Source: Deltaproteobacteria bacterium (lineage in GTDB: Bacteria > Desulfobacterota > Desulfobacteria > Desulfobacterales > JAUWMJ01). From it: a stretch of DNA of 64,000 nucleotides. A program made the position numbers and the translations under genes. Below are positions 1 through 8,315 of the stretch, piece by piece. Where the stretch lies: positions 5,417 to 69,416 of the forward strand of contig DAOWEJ010000103.1 in the NCBI GenBank assembly GCA_030638575.1, written 5' to 3'. How positions within the stretch are numbered: the first letter of the stretch is position 1; each line of letters begins with the position of its first letter. The notes under the pieces are model-generated. The model ran no database searches. It worked only from the letters and a program-made list of their open reading frames with translations, and was not told where the DNA came from.

Positions 1-2259
1 CAGAGGGTTGGGAATTGGCCCGGTGTTACTGTGGAACGTAAGATCGGAGAATACACACATACCGGCAAAAAAATTGAAGTGGTGGATTTGCCGGGAATCT
101 ATTCGCTATCTGCAGCGTCGGTTGATGAGGAAGTTGCACGGGATTATATACTATCCAAAGAGGCTGATATCATTGTCAGCATTATAGATGCATCCAACCT
201 TGAACGCAATCTGTATCTCACTGTCCAGCTTTTGGAAATGAAGACGCCGCTGGTTATAGCACTTAATATGATGGATGTTGCCAGAAGCCGTAAGATAGAT
301 ATCAATGTTGACGACTTGTCCAGTCGTCTTGGTTGTCCTGTTGTTCCGATTGTTGCGACAAAAGGAGAAGGGGTCGAAGGGCTTAAATCCGTTATCAATC
401 AGGCGGCGGCAAAAAAAACAGTACCGGCGACACCGGTTAATTATCCTGCCGAAATAGAGCAGGCCATCGACGAACTGGTTCAGGCAATTCAGTGCTCTAT
501 TGAAAGTCAAAATCTGGAACCTCGATGGGCAGCCATTAAGCTTCTTGAAGAGGACAGAATGGTATCCGAACTCGTGGGTAATAAAGCAGATAAAATTCTT
601 ATGCGCTGTAAAGAAGATATTGAAGTAAAACTTGCTGAAGAGGCCGATATTATACTGGCAGACAGCAGGTATGGCTTTATAAATGAGCTGACCGGGGAGA
701 CCGTTAAGAAAGGCACCAGGATACGCAAAACGGTTTCAGACAGGATTGACCGGATCGTGTTAAATCGCGCTCTTGGAATTCCAATCTTTCTTGCGGCCAT
801 GTATCTTATGTTTATGGTTACAATAAACTTAGGGAGTGCTTTCATAGACTTTTTTGACATCTTTGCAGGCACTATCTTTGTGGACGGATTTGGGAAATTG
901 CTGTCAGCTATTGACAGTCCGGATTGGCTCATTGCAATTTTTGCAGGAGGAATCGGAGGCGGCATTCAGACTATTGCTACCTTTATACCGCCCATTGGAT
1001 TCATGTTTCTTTGTCTTTCCCTGCTGGAAGACTCCGGCTACATGGCTCGTGCAGCATTTGTTATGGACCGGTTCATGAGGTTTATCGGATTGCCGGGCAA
1101 ATCCTTTGTTCCCATGCTGGTCGGTTTTGGTTGTAATGTTCCTGCTATTATGGCGACACGTACCCTGGAAAATCAACGGGACAGAACTCTTACCATCATG
1201 ATGAATCCATTCATGTCTTGCGGAGCACGTCTTCCGGTTTATGCGCTTTTTGCCGCTGCTTTTTTCCCATCAGGCGGGCAAAACCTGGTTTTTGGTCTCT
1301 ATCTCATCGGCATTGGATTTGCCGTTATAACAGGGCTTGTATTAAAAAGCACCATGCTGAAAGGGAAGATTACGCCTTTTGTAATGGAACTTCCCCCATA
1401 TCACATGCCTACTGTGCGAGGTGTAGTTTTACGAGCCTGGGAGCGGCTTAAAACCTTTATATTTCGTGCCGGAAAAATCATTATTCCTGTTGTAGTAATC
1501 TTAAGTTTCCTAAATTCCATGGGAACCGACGGAAGTTTTGGTAACGAAGATACGGACAAGTCAGCCCTTAGCGTTATAGGGAAATCAATTACGCCTGTTT
1601 TTTATCCCATGGGGCTTACCAAAGATAACTGGCCGGCTACAGTGGGAATTTTTACAGGAATATTTGCCAAAGAAGCGGTTGTCGGGACTCTTGATGCCAT
1701 GTATTCACAGATGGATGCAAGTGCCTCGGGCGAAGAAGGAGAAGAAGAGGCTTTCGATTTCTGGGTCGGCATCAGAGAGTCGTTTTCTACTATTCCTGAA
1801 AACCTGGCAGGTGTGGCAGGGACATTTTTCGATCCGCTGGGAATTTCGGTCGGTGATGTCAGCAATATAGAAACAGCTTCAGAAGAGCTGGAAGTAGGCA
1901 AAGGAGTTTTCGGATCGATGATCAAACTTTTTGATGGAAAGATCGGAGCATTTGCCTATCTTCTCTTTATTTTGCTCTATTTTCCATGCGTAGCTGCAAT
2001 AGCTGCCGTTTATCGAGAGACTAATTTAAAGTGGACTGTTTTTTCTGGTGCCTGGACGACCGTTATCGGCTATATGGCTGCAACGCTTTTCTACCAGGTT
2101 GCCACAATAAACCGTCATATGGCTTCTTCATTGATATGGGTTTCAGCTTTAATCAGCGTTTTCGTTTTTGCCGTGTTCATAATGGGATACCTTGGCCGGA
2201 AAGAAGAAAAAGCGGACTATAAAGTTTTGAAAACGGCAAAAGCGACGGTAAAAGCATAA
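1..2259 (+). CDS. feoB: Ferrous iron transporter FeoB (5' end cut by window edge)
   Basis: Frame 1 is open from base 1; QRVGNWPGVTVERK precedes the track's GTG start at 31. A GTPase region (VVDLPGIYSL, ALNMMD) is followed by the long polytopic membrane domain typical of FeoB. Confidence 0.95.
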   Translation, partial: QRVGNWPGVTVERKIGEYTHTGKKIEVVDLPGIYSLSAASVDEEVARDYILSKEADIIVSIIDASNLERNLYLTVQLLEMKTPLVIALNMMDVARSRKIDINVDDLSSRLGCPVVPIVATKGEGVEGLKSVINQAAAKKTVPATPVNYPAEIEQAIDELVQAIQCSIESQNLEPRWAAIKLLEEDRMVSELVGNKADKILMRCKEDIEVKLAEEADIILADSRYGFINELTGETVKKGTRIRKTVSDRIDRIVLNRALGIPIFLAAMYLMFMVTINLGSAFIDFFDIFAGTIFVDGFGKLLSAIDSPDWLIAIFAGGIGGGIQTIATFIPPIGFMFLCLSLLEDSGYMARAAFVMDRFMRFIGLPGKSFVPMLVGFGCNVPAIMATRTLENQRDRTLTIMMNPFMSCGARLPVYALFAAAFFPSGGQNLVFGLYLIGIGFAVITGLVLKSTMLKGKITPFVMELPPYHMPTVRGVVLRAWERLKTFIFRAGKIIIPVVVILSFLNSMGTDGSFGNEDTDKSALSVIGKSITPVFYPMGLTKDNWPATVGIFTGIFAKEAVVGTLDAMYSQMDASASGEEGEEEAFDFWVGIRESFSTIPENLAGVAGTFFDPLGISVGDVSNIETASEELEVGKGVFGSMIKLFDGKIGAFAYLLFILLYFPCVAAIAAVYRETNLKWTVFSGAWTTVIGYMAATLFYQVATINRHMASSLIWVSALISVFVFAVFIMGYLGRKEEKADYKVLKTAKATVKA

Positions 2260-2292
2260 AATTACGATACCGAAAAAGAAGAACGGCGTTCA

Positions 2293-2317
2293 GGCTCACG
2301 GGCCGTGAGCTTTGATT
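2293..2317 (+). terminator. Possible intrinsic terminator after feoB
   Basis: GCTCACG-ggc-CGTGAGC stem lies 35 nt after the feoB stop and is followed by TTTGATTG. The loop is short and the U-tract weak. Confidence 0.35.
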
Positions 2318-2333
2318 GTGCGGATGAGATGAA

Positions 2334-2464
2334 GCAGGGCGGAAAAGCTCCCAAGGCCTTGATCCGCCCTGCTGCCAGTTTGAACCATTAGACCCAAAAT
2401 GGAGGTTCGGTTCCGCCAGAGGCAGAAAACTTACCTGGCGTGCAGACAATACCACCGGACCTCC
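2334..2464 (+). promoter_or_regulatory. Structured 5' leader of the porin-like gene (unclassified)
   Basis: Three helices can be read directly. GCAGGGCGGA (2334-2343) pairs with TCCGCCCTGC (2363-2372). GGAGGTTCGGT (2401-2411) pairs with ACCGGACCTCC (2454-2464, one G-U). Nested inside the latter, CGCCAG (2414-2419) pairs with CTGGCG (2435-2440). The structure ends about 9 nt before the SD AAGGAGGA. Confidence 0.3.
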
Positions 2465-2488
2465 TTAAAGTAAAGGAGGAAAGGATTT

Positions 2489-3649
2489 ATGAAAAGATTA
2501 TTCAATTTGGCTGTTGTTTTGTTAAAGCGCGATGGTGAGACAAAAGAAAAACATTGGTTAGGAATTGCAAGTATCTTGAGTATCGCCCTGCTCGGATTTA
2601 CTTCCCATGCATTGGCGGTAGACATTAATGAGAAGCTGTCCATAGGGGGAGTAATAGGGGGCGCATACCAATATCAGAGCGTAAACGATACAGATGCTGA
2701 TAACGCCGGCCGGGGTGGCCTACCAATTCAGGCGGAGATTAGCTATAGGCCCACGGATAAAAACGAGTTGTTTGCCAAACTAGGATTTGCTGCAGGCAAC
2801 GGCTTAAACGAAATCTCACCCTTTGTCCTTGCCCCCTGGGCGGCCCCTATGGAGGACGATGTGAAAGACATCAACGGCCGAAACAGAGACTACCTGCTCA
2901 CTGCCTGGTACAAACATACTTTACAGTTCGGCGAAAGCACTTCGCTGGGATTAACTGGTGGTTTGATAGACGCAACGGATTATCTGGATGAAAACGCATT
3001 TTCCAATGACGAATTCACCCAGTTCATGAACGAGGCCCTGGTCAATGGCCCCAACGGTTTTGCGCCTTCCTTCGATATTGGTGGCGCAGCAGAACTGGAC
3101 CTGGACAATTTCAGCGTCAGGGGAGTTATCATGGAAATTGGTGAAAATGACGACGGTAACAGTTACCACTTCTACGGTCTCCAGCTTGGATATAGGATAG
3201 AGACCTCTCTGGGAGAGGGAAACTACCGGTTGATTGTCAACGGCACCAGTAAAGAATTCTTGGATATAGATGGTGAGGATAAGGAACGGAAGGTATGCGT
3301 ATTACTGTCTTTTGACCAGCAGTTGGGCGATATTTTTGGCGCATGGATCCGGGTTGGCAAACAGGATGACAAGGCAGCGATTGATTGCGAGAATCTTCTA
3401 TCAGGAGGTATCAATATCAGCGGCAAGCTATGGGGACGCGAAGACGATAACTTCGGGATCGGCTATGCCTATATAAATGGTGGCAATACAGACCTGGACA
3501 GCAGTCAGGTGGCCGAAGCATATGTGCGTTTTGCGCTCGATGAATATGTTGCATTGACACTGGATGTCCAGTACATGCAGGATAAATACGATGATGCGGA
3601 TGATCCGAACGGATTCATCTATGGTCTCCGATTAGCGTGTGAGTTTTAA
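2489..3649 (+). CDS. Putative outer-membrane beta-barrel porin
   Basis: Signal-peptide-like LGIASILSIALLGFTSHALA/VD, G/Y/D/N-rich alternating pattern, and C-terminal ...GLRLACEF with a terminal aromatic residue. A strong SD sits 8 nt upstream. I could not assign the family by eye. Confidence 0.55.
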   Translation: MKRLFNLAVVLLKRDGETKEKHWLGIASILSIALLGFTSHALAVDINEKLSIGGVIGGAYQYQSVNDTDADNAGRGGLPIQAEISYRPTDKNELFAKLGFAAGNGLNEISPFVLAPWAAPMEDDVKDINGRNRDYLLTAWYKHTLQFGESTSLGLTGGLIDATDYLDENAFSNDEFTQFMNEALVNGPNGFAPSFDIGGAAELDLDNFSVRGVIMEIGENDDGNSYHFYGLQLGYRIETSLGEGNYRLIVNGTSKEFLDIDGEDKERKVCVLLSFDQQLGDIFGAWIRVGKQDDKAAIDCENLLSGGINISGKLWGREDDNFGIGYAYINGGNTDLDSSQVAEAYVRFALDEYVALTLDVQYMQDKYDDADDPNGFIYGLRLACEF

Positions 3650-3707
3650 CTGAGATACAGTAATGTGCAGCTTAAGATAGATGGAAGATCAGGAGTTAGC
3701 GGTGTAG

Positions 3708-3798
3708 AATTTGAGAATGATGATGAAAGGGATCTGCTGACCGCCCATCTTCCATAGAATATTAATGATGCGGTAAATTTGAAAATGATGATGAAACC
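3708..3798 (+). promoter_or_regulatory. Two direct repeats containing Fur-box-like hexamer arrays
   Basis: AATTTGAGAATGATGATGAAA (3708-3728) and AATTTGAAAATGATGATGAAA (3776-3796) lie 68 bp apart. GAnAAT-GATGAT-GAAAnn resembles the GATAAT-hexamer model of Fur boxes. The site lies in the iron locus between convergent genes. Confidence 0.25.
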
Positions 3799-3940
3799 GA
3801 TGTTGTTACAGCGCAGCTTGCAATAGAGTTCTAAGGGAAAAAAGATCAAGGGGGCTTGCCGTAAAGAAAGAAGCCTCCTTGATTTAAATTTAAACTTTTT
3901 TATCCAGAAAAGCATAAAAAATACTGGGAAATGGCACAGT

Positions 3941-4082
3941 GAGACCTTTGCAAAACGGCACTTTTTGCCCGATTTTTGCGTCAGGCTTAAATTTTAATCC
4001 TCGAAATATTCCATATATTCATGTGGTTGAAATTTTCGCCTTCCTTGAACTCGAACAAAAAAGACCATCTTTCAATGGGTTC
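3941..4082 (+). mobile_element. MITE-like repeat family A, copy A1 (right end degenerate)
   Basis: Starts GAGACCTTTGCAAAACGGCA and ends ...GACCATCTTTCAATGGGTTC. Flanked by the 5-bp direct repeat ACAGT (3936-3940 and 4083-4087). Abuts the stop codon of the DtxR-like gene. Confidence 0.85.
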
Positions 4083-4087
4083 ACAGT

Positions 4088-4846
4088 TTAAAGCAGTTGA
4101 ACCATAATTTTCGATGCCTCATCTTCGTTTAGGGAAAGATGGTAACCTCTAACCTTGATATCGATAGATCCGTTTTCAGGGGATATTTGTTCCATTTCAA
4201 TAATACTCCCTGGAGTTATATCCAGATCCGAAAGGCGTTTGTTGATACTTCCCTTTCCTTTAACCTTAATAAGTTTTGCCCTCTGGCCCGAATCGAGATC
4301 TTTAAGAATAACAGGGGATTGAGGCTTACCTGCAACCCTTTTTTTCCTCTTTTTCAAATCTTCCAGGCACATTGTTATCGATGTTCCACAATTTGGGAAA
4401 GTTGTGCCCTGATCGCAAAATTTGTTAAAACCCTTTATCCATTCATCTCCGCCACGCGGGCAAATTTCAACAAATTCGATAAAACGGATGATTTTCTCTA
4501 AAATGTTATTTGAAACAGCATGTTCCATTTTGCATGCAGATTCGTCAGCTTCTGCTTCATCAATGGAAAGGACCTTAATAAAAAATTCCCGTAAGACTTC
4601 ATGTCGCCTTACAACATCTTTAGCAAGCTCACTACCTTTTTTTGTCAGTGTAATCAGGTCGTAAGGTGCATAGTTGATGTAACCCTTTTCAGACAGGGCA
4701 CGTAGTGCACCGGTCACGGAAGAATTATTCACACCAAGGCGTTGTGCAATGTCTTTGGCTCTTGCAGCCTGCTTTTTTGCAGCAATGTGAAAGATTGCCT
4801 CAAGATAGTCTTCCATACTTGCGCTGATCATTTGGGCATTTTTCAT
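4088..4846 (-). CDS. DtxR/MntR-family metal-dependent repressor with C-terminal FeoA/SH3-like domain
   Basis: N-terminal winged HTH and dimerisation region (EDYLEAIF..., ARAKDIAQRLGVNNSSVTGALRALSEKGYI, RRHEVLREFF). The C-terminal ...GQRAKLIKVKGKG...RLSDLDITPGSIIEMEQ is FeoA-like. Confidence 0.85.
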   Translation of the reverse strand: MKNAQMISASMEDYLEAIFHIAAKKQAARAKDIAQRLGVNNSSVTGALRALSEKGYINYAPYDLITLTKKGSELAKDVVRRHEVLREFFIKVLSIDEAEADESACKMEHAVSNNILEKIIRFIEFVEICPRGGDEWIKGFNKFCDQGTTFPNCGTSITMCLEDLKKRKKRVAGKPQSPVILKDLDSGQRAKLIKVKGKGSINKRLSDLDITPGSIIEMEQISPENGSIDIKVRGYHLSLNEDEASKIMVQLL

Positions 4847-5084
4847 TTTTAAGCCTTTGGAATAATTTTTTAAGATATCAAAGTTTATATGGCTTTCCGA
4901 ACATTTGTCAAGTTATTCTTTGATTAGTAAACAGCCAATTTATATGGAACATTAACAGAATGTATTGTTTCAGTGCTCTGAAAAACATGCCCAAATGATC
5001 ATTCAGGTGATTCGGTTTTGAAACGGCCTCTACGGTTTTACTGGATAGAGGCTTAAAAAATAAGAAAGGTTTAGCGCTGAAAAA

Positions 5085-5435
5085 TCAAGCCTTCAGCCAT
5101 GCGGGTGATGCGATAACAAGAATGACGCAATCTTCCTGACCATTATTTAGAAGTGAATGACGGGACCCGACAGGAATCCAGGTTGCATCGCCGGGAATAA
5201 CCTGTTTTTTTTCATCGTCCACCTGGATTTCACCCGATCCGCTCAAGACATAATATATCTCTTCCATAGGATCAATATGTTCCTCGATTATCCTGCCTGG
5301 GGCAAGGGTTGCAATGGCTAGGAAACCGATTTCTTCTAGCGTTCGACGATCTAAAATCATTTGTGCAACTGCACCGCCATGTGCAATATAGGTGGTATCC
5401 ATAACTTCTTTATCTTTTAAATTTCTGACGATCAT
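5085..5435 (-). CDS. Cupin-domain protein
   Basis: 116 aa with a cupin_2-like core (EEHIDPMEEIYYVLSGSGEIQVD...GDATWIPVGSRHSLLN). Confidence 0.7.
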   Translation of the reverse strand: MIVRNLKDKEVMDTTYIAHGGAVAQMILDRRTLEEIGFLAIATLAPGRIIEEHIDPMEEIYYVLSGSGEIQVDDEKKQVIPGDATWIPVGSRHSLLNNGQEDCVILVIASPAWLKA

Positions 5436-5544
5436 TTATCCTTCCTTTATTTGCAGTAAAGTATATTGCAGTGATATTGATATTTTGCCTGATCATGACT
5501 TTTCTTGTAGAAGAAATAATCTTTTTTTTTATATTAATTTAGCT

Positions 5545-5594
5545 CTTTGAAAAACGGATTATATGAATGCGGCTTTTTAAAATGCTAAAATGTT
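5545..5594 (-). repeat. Family E palindromic repeat, copy E1
   Basis: Reverse complement reads AACATTTTAGCATTTTAAAAAGCCGCATTCATATAATCCGTTTTTCAAAG. The same 5' block recurs at 43614 and 59812. Confidence 0.5.
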
Positions 5595-5622
5595 ATTCTT
5601 TTTAAATAATGTGGAATAGTTT

Positions 5623-6789
5623 TTAATGAATCTTTGAAATTTCGCCAAATGTTTTTATGTCACCAGGGAGGTCTTTAACTTGAATAGTCATGTCAACTCC
5701 CATAGCAAATGATCTTTCTATAACGTTTTCCAACTGGATAACATTTCCCGGCCAATTATATAAAAGTAAATAATCCATGGCCTCTGTGGAAACATTCAGA
5801 ATTTTCTTTCCGCCTTTGCTTTCAAATTTATCCAGGAAATTGATTATCAACAGGGGAATATCTTCTTTTCGATCTCTTAATGGAGGCATTTTAATAGAGA
5901 CAGCATTTATGCAGTTGAAGAAATCTCTTTTTAAGCTGCCGTTTTCAAGGGCTTCTTTGGGGTCCTTATTTGTAGCAGCAATTATTCTGACATCAAGAAA
6001 TGATTTTTTATAATTGATATCAGATTCTTTCGACTTTTGCTTTAAGGCGTGAAGAAATTCAATTTGGATTGGAGGTGAAATTTCAGTTACTTCGTCTAAA
6101 AAGACAGTTCCGCCTTCCGAAGTCTTAAGCAGTTCAATAAGGCTATCATGATGTTTGGTTTTGGGAAGTTTTTTTGTAAAACTGCTGCAATTTACAAGAG
6201 TAAAGGGTTTATCGTCCCTGTCGCTGTTTTTGTGGATGGCGTGAGCGGTCAATTCTTTTCCGGTTCCGCTTTCACCTTGAATCAGAACGTTGGGGCTGTG
6301 TTGCTTCATTCTGTCAATTATTTCGTAAATCTCCTGCATCATAAGATTGATTCCGACCATTGCATCGTATTTATGTCTTTCTCTTATTCTTTTTTTTATG
6401 AAAGCATTTTCCTGTTTAATCTTTTTTTCATCGATAATTCGGTTGATAATTATTTTTAAAAGTTCGAGTTTAAAAGGTTTTTGGAGGAAATCGTAGCTGC
6501 CTATTTTCATAGCTTTGACTGCGGCCGCCATGGTTCCATGGCCGGTTGCTATAATCACTTCTATTTCAGGACGGTATTCTTTTATCCTGGAAAGAAGTTC
6601 CAGCCCATCGATTTCCGGCATCTTGAAGTCGGTAAAAACAATATCGAAGTTTTTCTTTTTTAACAACTTAAGGGCTTCAATACCATTTTCCGCAAGAAAT
6701 ATTTTATATCCTTCTCTGGACAGATAGGCTTCCACCAATGCCCGTATTGCACTGTCATCATCGACAAACAGAATTTCAAAATCCTTCAT
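5623..6789 (-). CDS. Response-regulator receiver fused to a degenerate sigma-54-type AAA+ domain (no GAFTGA loop, no HTH)
   Basis: REC domain (FEILFVDDD...DIVFTDFKMPEIDG), Walker A GESGTGKE and Walker B VFLDEV. The GAFTGA region is replaced by KKLPKTKHHDSLIELLKTSEGG, and the protein ends without a Fis-type HTH. ATG at 6789 has GGAGG 5 nt upstream; the track start at 6801 is a TTG. Confidence 0.8.
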   Translation of the reverse strand: MKDFEILFVDDDSAIRALVEAYLSREGYKIFLAENGIEALKLLKKKNFDIVFTDFKMPEIDGLELLSRIKEYRPEIEVIIATGHGTMAAAVKAMKIGSYDFLQKPFKLELLKIIINRIIDEKKIKQENAFIKKRIRERHKYDAMVGINLMMQEIYEIIDRMKQHSPNVLIQGESGTGKELTAHAIHKNSDRDDKPFTLVNCSSFTKKLPKTKHHDSLIELLKTSEGGTVFLDEVTEISPPIQIEFLHALKQKSKESDINYKKSFLDVRIIAATNKDPKEALENGSLKRDFFNCINAVSIKMPPLRDRKEDIPLLIINFLDKFESKGGKKILNVSTEAMDYLLLYNWPGNVIQLENVIERSFAMGVDMTIQVKDLPGDIKTFGEISKIH

Positions 6790-6896
6790 ATGTGCCTCCA
6801 AGAGACGCAGGTGTGCTGTGATCTTTATGGTTAAAACAAATTGGTTAACATTTCCGGTTTATCTGGAAAAGAAGAAAATGTTTGTAAAAGTTTATA

Positions 6897-7883
6897 TCAC
6901 ATTTCTTTTTTTATTTTGTGTCTTTTTATTTTTTCCACAAGAGTAGTTCGTTTAATCTGGAGAAGTTCAGCTGCTTTGTTTTTAATCCAGTTAGTCTTTT
7001 CCAGTGCTTTTATGATAAGGGCTTTTTCATATTCGGTTACCGCAGTATTGAAATTTATTCCTTCCCCCGGGACGTCTATCTCTAGAAGGGTTTTTCGATC
7101 TTTACCTGACTTGATTTTTTCAGGCAAATCCTGATGTAATATCTCTCCATTTTCATTTAAAACCACCAGTCTTTCAATCAAATTTTTAAGCTCTCTTACA
7201 TTTCCAGGCCAGGGATAATCCATTATAATATCCATTGCCTCATCTGAAATTGTTACAATGCCTTTTTTTTTCTCCTCGGAAAATTTCCTAAGAAAATGAT
7301 AAACTAGAAGGGGTATATCCGATCCTCTTTCTTTTAAAGGTGAGAGAACTATAGGAATGACATAGAGACGGTAAAACAGGTCTTCTCTGAAATTTCCTTT
7401 TTGAACCTCTTTTTCTAAATCCCGATGTGTTGCGGTGATGACTCTAACATCTGCCTTTATGGTTTTGTTTCCGCCTACCGGTTCAAATTCATTTTCTTCC
7501 AGAACCTTTAATACTTTTACCTGAAGGTCCATGCTCATATCGCCGATTTCGTCCAGAAAAACAGACCCTCCTTCTGCCAGTTCGAATTTTCCGGGTTTAT
7601 TCGATATGGCACCGGTAAATGCTCCTTTAACATGACCGAAAAGTTCGCTTTCCAGAAGGCCTTCGCTAATTGCTCCGCAATTTAACTGGATAAAAGGTTT
7701 GTTCTTTCGGTTGGAGCATTGGTGAATCGCTTTGGCTATTAACCCTTTGCCTGTTCCTGTTTCTCCGTTGATCATTATCGTAGTGTCACTGTTTGAAACT
7801 TTCTTGACTATACTGAAAATTTCTTTCATCGGTTCGCTTTCACTGATGATACTATCAAATATATGTGTATGTCCGGATTTCAT
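6897..7883 (-). CDS. Sigma-54-dependent activator, AAA+ plus HTH only (no sensory domain)
   Basis: GETGTGKG Walker A, intact ELFGHVKGAFTGA, GSVFLDEI, and C-terminal Fis-type HTH (NKAAELLQIKRTTLVEKIKRHKI). Only about 20 aa precede the AAA+ core. Confidence 0.9.
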   Translation of the reverse strand: MKSGHTHIFDSIISESEPMKEIFSIVKKVSNSDTTIMINGETGTGKGLIAKAIHQCSNRKNKPFIQLNCGAISEGLLESELFGHVKGAFTGAISNKPGKFELAEGGSVFLDEIGDMSMDLQVKVLKVLEENEFEPVGGNKTIKADVRVITATHRDLEKEVQKGNFREDLFYRLYVIPIVLSPLKERGSDIPLLVYHFLRKFSEEKKKGIVTISDEAMDIIMDYPWPGNVRELKNLIERLVVLNENGEILHQDLPEKIKSGKDRKTLLEIDVPGEGINFNTAVTEYEKALIIKALEKTNWIKNKAAELLQIKRTTLVEKIKRHKIKKEM

Positions 7884-7951
7884 TATATCAGAAGATATTT
7901 TATTTTCGTAAGAAGTCCTTAAAATTCATTTAGTCTTTTAAAAACATACTC

Positions 7952-8287
7952 AAAGGAACATTCAGGAGATCCGGTTTTCAGGGCGGATACTTGGTTGAGC
8001 ATATTAGTGGGCGAGTTCGATACGGCGAGACCTTTGCAAAACGGCATTTTTCGAAGTCTTGCGCTTATCTGCCCGATTAGCGCTAAAGCTTCACTAAAGT
8101 GCCTGCGTCAGGCTCAAATTTCGGCACTTTAGTGAAGCTTTAGCGCTATCCTCGATCCGCCTGAGGCGGATCGCCTTCCTTGAACTCGAACCCCGGTTAA
8201 ATATAAAAAAGATTTAACAGGGCAGGCAAAAATTACCATTTTTCAAAGGTCTCACGGCTTAAAACCGGATCGTCTGAATGTTCCTTT
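7952..8287. repeat. Family E-like 30-nt inverted arms (7952-7981 / 8258-8287) enclosing MITE A2
   Basis: AAAGGAACATTCAGGAGATCCGGTTTTCAG versus the reverse complement of CTTAAAACCGGATCGTCTGAATGTTCCTTT, with 3 mismatches. Confidence 0.6.
8029..8253 (+). mobile_element. MITE-like repeat family A, copy A2 (long variant)
   Basis: Canonical ends GAGACCTTTGCAAAACGGCA...TACCATTTTTCAAAGGTCTC. 5-bp direct repeat ACGGC (8024-8028 and 8254-8258). The internal module carries a 25-bp perfect inverted repeat and a GATCCGCCTGAGGCGGATC hairpin. Confidence 0.9.
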
Positions 8288-8315
8288 TTTAAGTGGATAA
8301 AATATTATGTTTTTT

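Noticed and set aside
144-2455. Many 60-150-aa ORFs overlapping or antisense to feoB. The same pattern occurs inside every long gene in the track.
   Set aside because: They are nested in a gene with strong family signatures. They have low-complexity or Ser/Arg-rich translations and no ribosome-binding sites, so they are typical shadow ORFs.
2334-2464. Cobalamin or other known riboswitch in the porin leader.
   Set aside because: GCCAGAGGCAGAAAACTTACCTGGC only superficially resembles a B12 box. I could not find the other conserved cobalamin-riboswitch elements, and the downstream gene is not a TonB-dependent receptor.
3646-3915. 89-aa minus-strand ORF between the porin gene and MITE A1.
   Set aside because: Low-complexity translation, no SD, and it overlaps the direct repeats and hairpins described as non-coding.
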